From Candidatus Harrisonbacteria bacterium CG10_big_fil_rev_8_21_14_0_10_49_15 (GTDB taxonomy: Bacteria > Patescibacteriota > Minisyncoccia > UBA6257 > 1-14-0-10-44-23): a stretch of 61,977 nucleotides of DNA. Below, in pieces: positions 16,900 to 25,898 of this stretch. The position numbers and the translations under genes are program-made. The notes under the pieces were generated by a model. That model ran no database searches and was not told the origin of the DNA. It saw only the letters and a list, made by a program, of their open reading frames with translations. Location of the stretch: assembly GCA_002773415.1 (NCBI GenBank), contig PFBD01000022.1:735-62711 (forward strand), given 5' to 3'. Position 1 is the first letter of the stretch; each line of letters opens with the position of its first letter.

Positions 16900-18759
16900 A
16901 TGCCCCAGCACCGTTTTCAGTTACAAAAGCCGGAAAAAGAGCAAGACGTCACTTACCTTGCCCGAACAAATTACCGAAACGACAATCGGCTCTTTGGCAT
17001 AAAGCGCAGAGACCGCCGTCAACACATGTATGTTGTTGGAAAGACCGGTGTGGGTAAGTCTGCGCTTCTGCACAACATGATCGTCCAGGACATCATGCAC
17101 GGCGACGGTGTCTGTGTGGTGGATCCGCACGGTGAGCTGGTAGAGGACGTGCTACCGATGATCCCGAAAGAACGTGCCGAAGACGTCATCTACTTCAACC
17201 CGGCAGACATCGACTTTCACGTCGGCTTTAACGTGCTTGAGCTGCCCGACCCAAGATACAAGCACTTAGTCGCCTCCGGTCTGATGGGTATCTTCACTAA
17301 GATCTGGGCGAACGTCTGGTCTGCCAGAATGGAGTATATTTTAAACAACGCCATCCTGGCGCTTTTAGACACGCCCGGGACAACTCTGCTCGGCATCCCG
17401 AGGATTCTCGTAGACAAAGAGTACCGCCAAAAAATAATCAATAACCTCAACGACCCGGTGGTGCGCGCCTTTTGGATAAACGAGTACGAAGAGTGGCAGG
17501 ATAAGTTTAGAAACGAAGCCATAGCCCCTATTCAAAACAAAGTTGGTCAGTTCCTTTCCACGAGCATCATTCGTAACGTGGTTGGTCAGAACAAAAGCAC
17601 CATCAATATCTTTGATTTAATGAACGAGCAGAAGATCTTTTTGGTCAACGTCTCCAAGGGGCGCATCGGTGAAGACAACTCCGCTCTGCTCGGCGCCATG
17701 CTCATCACCAAAATCCAGCTCTCGGCTATGGAGCGTGTCCGTATTCCCGAGGAAGACAGAAAAGACTTTTATCTATATGTGGATGAGTTTCAAAACTTTG
17801 CAACAGACTCCTTTGCCGGCGTTCTTTCCGAAGCCCGTAAATATCGCCTAAACCTTATCATAGCCCACCAGTATATCGGTCAGCTAATGACAGACTCCTC
17901 CACTGTCGTCCGCGACGCTGTTTTTGGAAACTGCGGCACTATGGCGGTCTTTCGCGTCGGCGCGGCCGACGCGGAGTATTTTGAAAGCGAATTCACTCCG
18001 GAGTTCGTCATTGAAGACATCGTCAACATCCCGAACTACTGCATCTATATTAAACTGATGGTTAACGGCATCACCTCGCGTCCGTTTTCCGCGTCCACAA
18101 TCGCTCCCTTTGAGGTCCAGGCAGACGCCGCCGGTGCTAACGCCATTATTGAGATGTCTCGTAAAAAGTACGCCCGTGCCCGAGACAAAGTAGAGGCCGA
18201 CATCAACCGCTGGGCCAGTGGTGGCGAAGAAGAAGATGAGGACGGAGAGATGGCGCCAGGCACGGCCCGGCCCAGTGAAGCGAAAAAAGAAGGAGAGTTC
18301 TTTGAATCTGTCTGCTCCGTCTGCGGCAAAAAAGCCAAGCTACCATTTAAACCAAACCCAAACCGCCCAGTCTACTGCTCCGAGTGTCTGGAAAAGGTTA
18401 AGGCCGGCGAGATAGAGGCGCCTAAGATCCTAAAGACGCCGTCTCAAGACCGCATGGCCAAAGCCTCGGAAACGCTCGCCGCCATGGGTATTGAGTTTGA
18501 CCAAGCTGAAAAACGTCCAAGCCAAAATCATAAAAAGAGCAGTGGCGACTCTCGCGGTCAAAAAAGAGGCGGTGATTACAGAAAGAAAAATAGCGGAGGG
18601 AAGCCCGACCGCCAACCGGACTCGTCTGGCCCCCAGCCAAAGGAAGCCTCTCTCGGCGACCTAAAAGACGACGGCCGCCAGCCGCAAGTAAAAGAATCTA
18701 AAGACGCCGAAAGTATCAAAGCGGCGCTCCGCGCCGCCCTGGAAAAAAAGAATCAGTAA
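16900..18759 (+). CDS. TraD/VirD4-like P-loop ATPase, paralog 2, with C-terminal zinc ribbon and basic tail
   Basis: 619 aa. VGKTGVGKS and FYLYVDEFQNF motifs. C-terminal CSVCGKKAKLPFKPNPNRPVYCSECLEK, then a low-complexity Lys/Arg/Gly/Ser tail. Confidence 0.75.
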   Translation: MPQHRFQLQKPEKEQDVTYLARTNYRNDNRLFGIKRRDRRQHMYVVGKTGVGKSALLHNMIVQDIMHGDGVCVVDPHGELVEDVLPMIPKERAEDVIYFNPADIDFHVGFNVLELPDPRYKHLVASGLMGIFTKIWANVWSARMEYILNNAILALLDTPGTTLLGIPRILVDKEYRQKIINNLNDPVVRAFWINEYEEWQDKFRNEAIAPIQNKVGQFLSTSIIRNVVGQNKSTINIFDLMNEQKIFLVNVSKGRIGEDNSALLGAMLITKIQLSAMERVRIPEEDRKDFYLYVDEFQNFATDSFAGVLSEARKYRLNLIIAHQYIGQLMTDSSTVVRDAVFGNCGTMAVFRVGAADAEYFESEFTPEFVIEDIVNIPNYCIYIKLMVNGITSRPFSASTIAPFEVQADAAGANAIIEMSRKKYARARDKVEADINRWASGGEEEDEDGEMAPGTARPSEAKKEGEFFESVCSVCGKKAKLPFKPNPNRPVYCSECLEKVKAGEIEAPKILKTPSQDRMAKASETLAAMGIEFDQAEKRPSQNHKKSSGDSRGQKRGGDYRKKNSGGKPDRQPDSSGPQPKEASLGDLKDDGRQPQVKESKDAESIKAALRAALEKKNQ

Positions 18760-18928
18760 CGAGTAACGAGTAGCAAGTAGCGAGCTCCCTCTCTTACCGC
18801 GCCCGTCCGTAGTCTTGACGAAGGTTCCCGATTTGTCCGCGAGGAACGAGCGGATACAAATCGCAATGCCTGTGGTAAGGGAGATAAGAGGGGGTTGGGA
18901 GGGGTTATGATTACCCTCTCCCAATTTC

Positions 18929-19510
18929 CTAAAGTCCCCCTGTGGCCTTTTCCACCCGCTCGGCGTATTCGCCGGTGGCGGTGTTTATTCGCACAACGTC
19001 GCCATTGTTAATAAACAGCGGCACCTGAATAGTCGCACCGGTTTCCAGCTTCGCGGCCTTTGTACCGCCGCTCGTTGTATTTCCTTTTTCACCCGGCACA
19101 GTTTCTTCAATGCTCAGCTCGGCTTTAATAGGCCACAGAATGTTTATCGGGTCATCATTCCAATACAGAGCCGTCAGTTCAGTGTTCGGTTTGGTAAACT
19201 GCGCCTGGGTGCCCGCTACTTCTTCTGTCATAGAAAAACGAGCGCTCGGATTATCTATAGCGCTAAACCAATACTCACCACGGCTGTTATACAAATACTT
19301 CGCCGGCCGCTTTTCCACGTCCGCCTCCTCAAAAGTCTCGTTCATGTGGAAGTTCCGGTCTAAAATCTTGCCGGTAATCAGATTCTTTATCTGGGTCTGG
19401 GCGACGGGCTTTCGCTGCTGCTTGCGCAGAGTCGCGAACGAAATAACCTCGTACGGCTGCCCCTCGTACAAAAAAACCACACCCACCTTTAGATCATTGT
19501 ATGACAACAT
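18929..19510 (-). CDS. efp: Elongation factor P
   Basis: MLSYNDLKVGVVFLYEGQPYEVISF...KPVAQTQIKNLITGK. TATAAT (minus strand, 19526-19521) lies 10 nt before the ATG. Confidence 0.92.
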   Translation of the reverse strand: MLSYNDLKVGVVFLYEGQPYEVISFATLRKQQRKPVAQTQIKNLITGKILDRNFHMNETFEEADVEKRPAKYLYNSRGEYWFSAIDNPSARFSMTEEVAGTQAQFTKPNTELTALYWNDDPINILWPIKAELSIEETVPGEKGNTTSGGTKAAKLETGATIQVPLFINNGDVVRINTATGEYAERVEKATGGL

Positions 19511-19557
19511 AATGGTAAAGATTATAGCGAGTTTCGAGGTTTAGTCAATTTTTATGT

Positions 19558-19653
19558 AAGCACCAAATTCCAAGCACCAAGCATCAAATAAATCACAAAC
19601 TTCAAAATTGGAAATTGGAGCTTATTTGGGATTTGGAAATTGTCATTTGGTAT
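19558..19653. repeat. ~100-nt AAGCACCAAAT.../...TTATTTGGRATTTGG imperfect-palindrome element
   Basis: Closely related to 60060-60162. A left-arm-like copy lies in frame in lepA (about 29300-29388). Confidence 0.75.
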
Positions 19654-19671
19654 TTTATAATGCATGTATCC

Positions 19672-21057
19672 ATGAAATGCATTATTTTAGCTGCTGGCAA
19701 GGGGACGCGCATGCGTCCTTTAACGCTTCACACTCCCAAGCCCATGGTTATGGTTCTTGGTAAGCCCTTGCTTGAGCACATTATCAATGAGCTACCAAGT
19801 GAAATAACCGAGCTTATCCTGGTGGTTGGTTATCAACACGAAAAGATTCGCGCCTACTTTGGTGATAAATTCAGCGACCGAAAAATAGTTTACGTCATCC
19901 AAGAAGAGCAGCTCGGCACTGCCCACGCCCTAAACCTTGCCCGGCCATACTTGAACGAGGGAGAGAAGTTTTTGTTCATGTTTGCCGACGACCTGCACAG
20001 TGCCTCCGCCATGAAGCAGCTTGTCCAGGGAGACATCGGTATGCTTGTGCAAGAGCACGAAGACCCGCGCCCATTTGGTGTGGTTGAGGTAGATAAAGAA
20101 GGCAGGGTTACCAGTCTGGAAGAAAAGCCGGCCGATCCGAAATCAAACATGGTCGCGGTTGGTGTTTTTCTTTTTGATGACAGAATCTTCAACTATCCGA
20201 TCCGCCTAAGCCCACGCGGCGAGTACGAGTATGTAGATCAGGTCGTGGACATGCTCAAAGATCACGATTTTGTCGTTGAAAAAACAAACTTCTGGCACCC
20301 AATCGGCTATCCGCAAGACGTTGAGGTTGCTGAACGAAAACTGCGCGAAGCACACGCCGCCCCAGAGCCGGACTACACTCACATCCCGGCTGTCATCATC
20401 GCCGGCGGTAACGGCACCCGTCTTCCCGAGGGCGAGCAAGAACAGCCCAAGTGTTTGGTTGAAATAGCCGGCAAGCCCATGCTTGCCTGGCAAATAGAAA
20501 AACTGCGCCGCCAAGGTTTTAAAAACATCCGCCTCTCACTTGGCTACAAGGCTCAGATGGTTGTTAACTGGTTACAGACAAGCAATAACACAGATATCAG
20601 CTACGTCATTGAAAATGAGCCCCTTGGCACCGGCGGCGGCCTGCGCCTAGCCGCCAAAGACTTTACCACTCCCTTTATCGCGCTGAACTGCGACGACATT
20701 GCTGATGTGGATTTCGCCTCGCTCATGCGCCACGGCGGCAAAGAGTACAATGTTATCAGCGGTATGCCGTGCACCGATGCGACCACATTTGAATCACTCG
20801 TCCACGACAAAGACAAACGAGTCCTTGAATTCCGAGCCCGGTCAGCTGACATTAAAGACGCGATCGTGAACATAGGCCACTACTATCTCCAGCCCAATAT
20901 TTTTGCAGACATGCCTGAAAAGTTCTCTAATGAAAGAGACCTATTCCCCAAGCTTGTGCAAGAGGGCAAGCTTGTCCTGCACACCCACAAAGGTTACTGG
21001 CTGACCGCCAACAACGCCGAGCAGCTCGCCGCTGCCAGAGACTTTTTTTCCAAATAG
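19672..21057 (+). CDS. Tandem sugar-phosphate nucleotidyltransferase (two NTP-transferase domains)
   Basis: MKCIILAAGKGTRMRPLT... and a second VIIAGGNGTRLPEGEQEQPKCLVEIAGKPML domain. The track start 19615 (TTG) and the ATG at 19660 lie in the repeat and the -10 hexamer, so 19672 is preferred. Confidence 0.8.
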   Translation: MKCIILAAGKGTRMRPLTLHTPKPMVMVLGKPLLEHIINELPSEITELILVVGYQHEKIRAYFGDKFSDRKIVYVIQEEQLGTAHALNLARPYLNEGEKFLFMFADDLHSASAMKQLVQGDIGMLVQEHEDPRPFGVVEVDKEGRVTSLEEKPADPKSNMVAVGVFLFDDRIFNYPIRLSPRGEYEYVDQVVDMLKDHDFVVEKTNFWHPIGYPQDVEVAERKLREAHAAPEPDYTHIPAVIIAGGNGTRLPEGEQEQPKCLVEIAGKPMLAWQIEKLRRQGFKNIRLSLGYKAQMVVNWLQTSNNTDISYVIENEPLGTGGGLRLAAKDFTTPFIALNCDDIADVDFASLMRHGGKEYNVISGMPCTDATTFESLVHDKDKRVLEFRARSADIKDAIVNIGHYYLQPNIFADMPEKFSNERDLFPKLVQEGKLVLHTHKGYWLTANNAEQLAAARDFFSK

Positions 21058-21075
21058 TGGTATTTTAGTACCTCC

Positions 21076-22191
21076 ATGGCTACCACTAAGAAAAAAACTG
21101 TCTTTGTCGGCATGTCCGGCGGCGTGGACAGCTCGGTCACCGCGGCCATTCTAAAATATGGAAGACCAAGCCTGCCTGCCGGTAGGCAGGACTACGACAT
21201 AGTCGGGGTCCATTTGCGCTGCTGGAATATAGACGGCTGCGCCGAACAAGATGCCGAAGACGCCCGCCGCGCCTCCGAAACCCTAGGCATTCCCTTTTAT
21301 GTATTTGATTTTGAACGCGAGTACAAAGAGCGGGTAGTGGAGTATATGGTAGACGGCTACCGCCGCGGCATCACCCCAAACCCGGACGTGATGTGTAACA
21401 GCCAGATAAAGTTCGGGTTGTTCTACGACCGTGCGCTGAAGATGGGCGCAGACTATATCGCCACCGGACACTACGTCCGCCTGAAGCGTCTACGTACTAA
21501 GCACTACGTACTAAGCACTGCCCGTGATCCTGACAAAGATCAAAGCTACTTCCTCTGGACGCTGACCCAAGAGCAGTTGGCACACTGCCTCTTTCCACTC
21601 GGCGATCTCATTAAAAAGACCGAGGTTCGTAAACTCGCCAAAAAGTATAAGTTGCCAAATGCCGACAAAAAAGATTCTCAAGGCGTCTGCTTTCTTGGGC
21701 AAATAAGTTTACCGGAGTTTCTCGCCGGCTTTATCCCAGACAAGCAGGGCAAGATCGTAGACATCTCCGGCAAAGAGCTGGGCCAGCACACCGGCGCGCA
21801 CCACTTTACCATAGGCCAGCGCAAAGGGCTGGGCGTGGGCGGTTTTGCCAAGCCGCAGTACGTGGCCAAAAAAGACATCAAAACCAACACTGTCACCCTC
21901 GCCCCAGAATCCGACCCATCTTTGTACGCCTCCAGCGTCGAGCTAACCGATTTGAATGTAATAGACAATTCTTATTCCAATGTTCTCAAGAACATTGGAA
22001 TAAGGGTGTTGGCCAGGATTCGCTATCGACAACCACTATTTGGAGCGAAGCTGGAAAAAGGAAAAAAGAAAAAGGAATGGTTGCTGACATTTGACCACCC
22101 GCAGAAATTCATCGCCCCCGGCCAGTCCGCCGTAATGTACGACGCCAAAGGAAAAATGCTCGGCGGCGGCATCATCAAGAACGCCAAATAG
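21076..22191 (+). CDS. mnmA: tRNA 2-thiouridine(34) synthase MnmA
   Basis: VGMSGGVDSSV PP-loop, DKDQSYFL, IRYRQ and PGQSAV motifs. Carries three in-frame repeat elements. Confidence 0.92.
   Translation: MATTKKKTVFVGMSGGVDSSVTAAILKYGRPSLPAGRQDYDIVGVHLRCWNIDGCAEQDAEDARRASETLGIPFYVFDFEREYKERVVEYMVDGYRRGITPNPDVMCNSQIKFGLFYDRALKMGADYIATGHYVRLKRLRTKHYVLSTARDPDKDQSYFLWTLTQEQLAHCLFPLGDLIKKTEVRKLAKKYKLPNADKKDSQGVCFLGQISLPEFLAGFIPDKQGKIVDISGKELGQHTGAHHFTIGQRKGLGVGGFAKPQYVAKKDIKTNTVTLAPESDPSLYASSVELTDLNVIDNSYSNVLKNIGIRVLARIRYRQPLFGAKLEKGKKKKEWLLTFDHPQKFIAPGQSAVMYDAKGKMLGGGIIKNAK
21971..22004. repeat. 34-nt perfect palindrome inside mnmA
   Basis: cttattccaatgttct ca agaacattggaataag: 16-nt perfect arms, translated in frame as SYSNVLKNIGIR. 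Confidence 0.9.
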
Positions 22192-22208
22192 CGGTATACT
22201 AAATAAGT

Positions 22209-23672
22209 ATGCCCCTGCATCAAAAATCTTTTTGGCTACTTGCCTTCTTTCTACTTGGCACCGGCCTGGCCAGCGTTCTGATTGGTCCGACGATTTTAGA
22301 CTCCCCCGCACTCGGGGGATTTTTAATAGCCGTACTCCTCGGTCTCATCGTCAGCACCGCCCTACTTATGTACAAAGGCCCGCTCTTTGCCCTACTTTCG
22401 CTCGCGCTCGTTATTGGCAGTAGTTACTACTGGGCACACAACTATTTGTATGCAAGCCAGCTCACCCTGCCCTCTCCCGGGCCGGTAGAAATAAATGGGT
22501 TAGTTATCCGCTCTCAACAAAAGCCAACAAGTCAAACAATAGACGTCGCCCTAACAGGAGACTACACCGGTACCGTCCGCATAATTATTGATCGCTACCC
22601 AATAGTTCAGTATGGTGACACGCTCACTGTCACGGGCACACTTGAGGAGTTAGACGCAGACAGACTTAGCTTCTACGCAAAAGAGCGCATCGCCGCGACC
22701 ATGGCCTTTCCAAAAAAGTTAAGCATTATCTCAAGCGGTGGCGGCTCTGCCATCAAAAGACACCTCTTCGGCATTCGGGATAGCGTGCAAAACTCCTTAG
22801 AGCAGAGTCTTTCGCCGAAAACCGCCACCTTCGTCTCCGGCCTACTTCTTGGTAAGAGCGCCGGCTTTTCCAAGGAGTTTACCGAGCAGATGAAGGCCAC
22901 CGGTACCACGCACTTAATCGCCCTTTCCGGTTATAACATCAGCATCGTTATCATGATGGTGTTTTGGTTTTTCGGATCTTTGCTTGGCAGGCGCAACGCC
23001 TTTTGGATAGCAATCACCGTCATCATCGCCTTTGTCATCATGACCGGTGCCGAGGCCTCGGTCGTCCGCGCCGCAATCATGGGTTGTATCATCGCACTAG
23101 CAGAGTATGTCGGCCGGGTCCACTCTTTCAAAAATGCAATTGTAGCCGCCGCCTTTGTCATGGTCCTTTTCAATCCAAGCATTTTAGTCTTTGACGTCGG
23201 CTTTCAACTCTCGTTCCTGGCTTTGCTCGGCATTATCTACCTCCAGCCGGCGTTAGAGCTGTGGTGGCGGCTACCCAGCACAAGCTGGTTCCCCTGGACC
23301 AAAGAGCTTGTCACCACCGTCTCCGCCCAAGCCGCCGTTCTGCCAATTCTGCTTATCAACTTTGGCTTTTTCGCGCCCATCTCCTTACTCACTAACGTCC
23401 TGATTCTCGGCCTAATCCCGTGGACCATGCTCCTAGGCTTTCTCACTGTTTTAGCCGACTCTGTATCCGGCATCCTGGCGCAACTTTTTGCCCTACCAAC
23501 GCGTTTGCTCGCCGGCTTTGAGATCTGGGTGATTGAGTTTTTCAGTCAATTCCAATTCGGAGTCAGCACGCAAAGTGTCTCGCTCCTGCTCATCATTCTT
23601 TACTACCTTATCTTGATCGTTTTTATTCGTTATAGTGAAGAGAAGCATGCTTACACAACTGTTCCCGTCTAA
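22209..23672 (+). CDS. comEC: ComEC/Rec2 competence channel, membrane portion
   Basis: 487 aa, polytopic, with ATGTTHLIALSGYNISIV competence-domain motif. TATACT at 22195-22200 lies 8 nt before the ATG. Confidence 0.85.
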   Translation: MPLHQKSFWLLAFFLLGTGLASVLIGPTILDSPALGGFLIAVLLGLIVSTALLMYKGPLFALLSLALVIGSSYYWAHNYLYASQLTLPSPGPVEINGLVIRSQQKPTSQTIDVALTGDYTGTVRIIIDRYPIVQYGDTLTVTGTLEELDADRLSFYAKERIAATMAFPKKLSIISSGGGSAIKRHLFGIRDSVQNSLEQSLSPKTATFVSGLLLGKSAGFSKEFTEQMKATGTTHLIALSGYNISIVIMMVFWFFGSLLGRRNAFWIAITVIIAFVIMTGAEASVVRAAIMGCIIALAEYVGRVHSFKNAIVAAAFVMVLFNPSILVFDVGFQLSFLALLGIIYLQPALELWWRLPSTSWFPWTKELVTTVSAQAAVLPILLINFGFFAPISLLTNVLILGLIPWTMLLGFLTVLADSVSGILAQLFALPTRLLAGFEIWVIEFFSQFQFGVSTQSVSLLLIILYYLILIVFIRYSEEKHAYTTVPV

Positions 23673-24522
23673 ACAAAAAAGAAGGCAGATCGCGGGCATG
23701 CTGATAGTGCTCGGCGTTGTTGATCTCGCGCTTTGGTTAAGCGTCTTTAGTCCGGCCACTGATCCGGCCATTTATTTCCTAGACATTGGTCAGGGCGACA
23801 GCTCTCTTGTTGTGCTTGAAGGAGGCGTCAAAATACTGATTGATGGCGGGCCAGACGCAGCAGTTGTGGAGCGCCTGGCCGAGGTCCTACCACCGCACGA
23901 CCGCTACCTAGACCTCGTCGTCATGACCCACACCGATCTAGACCACATGGGCGGCCTAATAGACGTACTTCAAACATACAAGGTTGGCACGTTCATCGGC
24001 ACCGGCCGCAAAGACGACAGCGACGAGTATCGGGAGCTCATTAATGCGCTCATTGAGCAACAAGTGCCATATGCCCAACTGGCAGAAGGGGATGAAATAA
24101 ATATAGGCGACACGCGCCTGGCTGTGTTGTCGCCAAACACGCAAGAGGTACTCAGTAGCGAGCCAAACGACGCCGGTCTTGTCTTCCGGCTAACCTCGCC
24201 AAACTACAGCGCCCTGTTTACCGCCGACATTAGTACAGTCGTAGAAGGCCGGCTAGCCAAAGAGTACAATCTGCAATCCGACATTCTTAAAGTCGGCCAC
24301 CACGGCTCCAAGTTTTCTTCCTCGGCAGAGTTTCTATCTGGCGTTAGTCCGCGTTTAGCCGGAATTGGCGTGGGCAAAAACCGCTACGGCCACCCTGCGC
24401 CCGACGCCCTAGAGCGCATCGCCAAAATCACTCGCCACATCTTCCGCACCGACGAGCAGGGGACGATAAAAATAGTTCGTAATGACAATCAGCTAAAGGT
24501 ATTTGCTGAAAACAAAAACTAA
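23635..24522 (+). CDS. ComEC C-terminal metallo-beta-lactamase domain as a separate ORF
   Basis: LDIGQGDSSLV...MTHTDLDHMGG...KVGHHGS motifs with one N-terminal TM. GTG at 23635 or ATG at 23647. Overlaps the comEC 3' end in another frame. Confidence 0.8.
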   Translation: MKRSMLTQLFPSKQKRRQIAGMLIVLGVVDLALWLSVFSPATDPAIYFLDIGQGDSSLVVLEGGVKILIDGGPDAAVVERLAEVLPPHDRYLDLVVMTHTDLDHMGGLIDVLQTYKVGTFIGTGRKDDSDEYRELINALIEQQVPYAQLAEGDEINIGDTRLAVLSPNTQEVLSSEPNDAGLVFRLTSPNYSALFTADISTVVEGRLAKEYNLQSDILKVGHHGSKFSSSAEFLSGVSPRLAGIGVGKNRYGHPAPDALERIAKITRHIFRTDEQGTIKIVRNDNQLKVFAENKN

Positions 24523-24559
24523 TTATCTCAAAATATGCACGTGCATATTTTGAGATAAT
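24522..24559. repeat. 38-nt perfect palindrome at the left edge of GC-rich islet A
   Basis: attatctcaaaatatgcac | gtgcatattttgagataat, starting in the stop codon of the MBL ORF. Confidence 0.9.
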
Positions 24560-24701
24560 CGAATTTAGGGGCAAATAGAAACAACCTCCTTACATGTTCA
24601 CCAGCGTCATCAGCCATCTGGGCACTGTCCAGAAACTAGAAGCGGGCCGGACAGTGTTCTTCGCTGTTCCGGCCCGCACTGCGCGGTTACCCGCGCGGGG
24701 G

Positions 24702-25565
24702 TCAGGCTCCTCGCGCCGGCACCAACTTGAGCCAGCGCTTGGAAACGATCTCGTAGTCGATGGCTCCCCATAGAGCTCCGATGACGCCACCGAGCAGTGG
24801 CTGACCACTGTGAGCACCGATCAGTACTCCGATGGCGCTGCTCACGGCTACCAGAAGCGCCAACCGACAGTGTACCAGCTTGAAAACAGTGACACTGAAG
24901 ATCACGGGGACCATGCGTCGCTTCCACAGCCACGGCACTACCTTGCAAGCAATGCCAAGCGCGATGCCAAGTACAACCAGCGCGCCGAAGAGCATCCCCA
25001 CTCCAATCAAGATGCTTCTAACTGTGGGCTGGTACGCAAGGAAGCTCACGATACTGAACGCGCCCACGCTCCCAAGTGCGATCAGCCAGCCCCGACGACT
25101 TCTCAGCTCATTGCTACGCAGTCGTTCTAGGTCGACGTAGCGATGTCGTTTGTAGTGCTTGAAGCCGTCACTGAATACGAGAGCAAGGAGGAATAGGCAT
25201 GCCGCGAAGGCGACCGACAGAAAAACAGCTAAGCTAGCCGGCGTCGTAGCCTTGTCTGGGGTAAAGAATCGTTCCCCCAGACAGGGGGCACCGATGAACA
25301 TGTAGCTCATCAGGCTCAGATAGAGTCCGGCCCGACCCATGGCCCGCCACCACGGCCAGAAGGGTCGCCACCCGACGACATCTGTCCAGGCGGTCTTCAT
25401 AGCCGCCGGCAGCTTGGGGCTGACGAACACTCCCCAACCAACGGCTGCGCCAACCGCCATGCCGAGAATCACTGCCAGCGAGAACACCTCTGGCTGGAAC
25501 TGCAGAGCCACGGCGCTGCCCACGGTCGCGCCGATGAAGCACGACACCATGATGCGATAGAGCAT
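24702..25565 (-). CDS. Polytopic membrane protein in GC-rich islet A, function unknown
   Basis: Start moved to the ATG at 25565 (MLYRIMVSCF...), which is preceded by GGAGG-taaag. Multiple hydrophobic helices. G/C-dominated third codon positions by eye. Confidence 0.65.
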   Translation of the reverse strand: MLYRIMVSCFIGATVGSAVALQFQPEVFSLAVILGMAVGAAVGWGVFVSPKLPAAMKTAWTDVVGWRPFWPWWRAMGRAGLYLSLMSYMFIGAPCLGERFFTPDKATTPASLAVFLSVAFAACLFLLALVFSDGFKHYKRHRYVDLERLRSNELRSRRGWLIALGSVGAFSIVSFLAYQPTVRSILIGVGMLFGALVVLGIALGIACKVVPWLWKRRMVPVIFSVTVFKLVHCRLALLVAVSSAIGVLIGAHSGQPLLGGVIGALWGAIDYEIVSKRWLKLVPARGA

Positions 25566-25827
25566 CTTTACCTCCACGTGTTGTTGCAGGATGACGGCTA
25601 CCAACGCGGCAGCAACTCATCTGCGGTTCTAGTTAAAATTAGAGCAAGAAGTAGAATAAAAGTCAATATTCCATAAAAGATCTGAAATGTTGAAAATCAA
25701 ATAAGTAAAAAGCACGCGGCCGCGTACTTCTTACTTATCCCACGGCAATCAGCACCTGCGAATTAACACAGCAACCCTATTTCGCAATTTCGCCTGCCTA
25801 CCGCAGGCAGGAGAAATTGGCAAGTGA

Positions 25828-25898
25828 AAGAATCGTGCGATTAATCGCACGATTCTTGTGCATACCTTTTGACTCGTACGTACGAGTCAAAAGGTATG
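25828..25898. repeat. Adjacent perfect palindromes of 30 nt and 38 nt
   Basis: aagaatcgtgcgatt|aatcgcacgattctt (25828-25857) and cataccttttgactcgtac|gtacgagtcaaaaggtatg (25861-25898). Confidence 0.9.

Noticed and set aside
18760-18928. Small gene or RNA in the convergent spacer between the second ATPase gene and efp (track ORF 18661-18924 on the minus strand).
   Set aside because: The region is a stack of nested palindromic repeats. These include the gcgccc.tccgtag.cttg..cgaagg family shared with 2530-2560, cgatttgtccgc...gcggatacaaatcg, and the ggggttgggagggg type. They most simply serve as bidirectional terminators.
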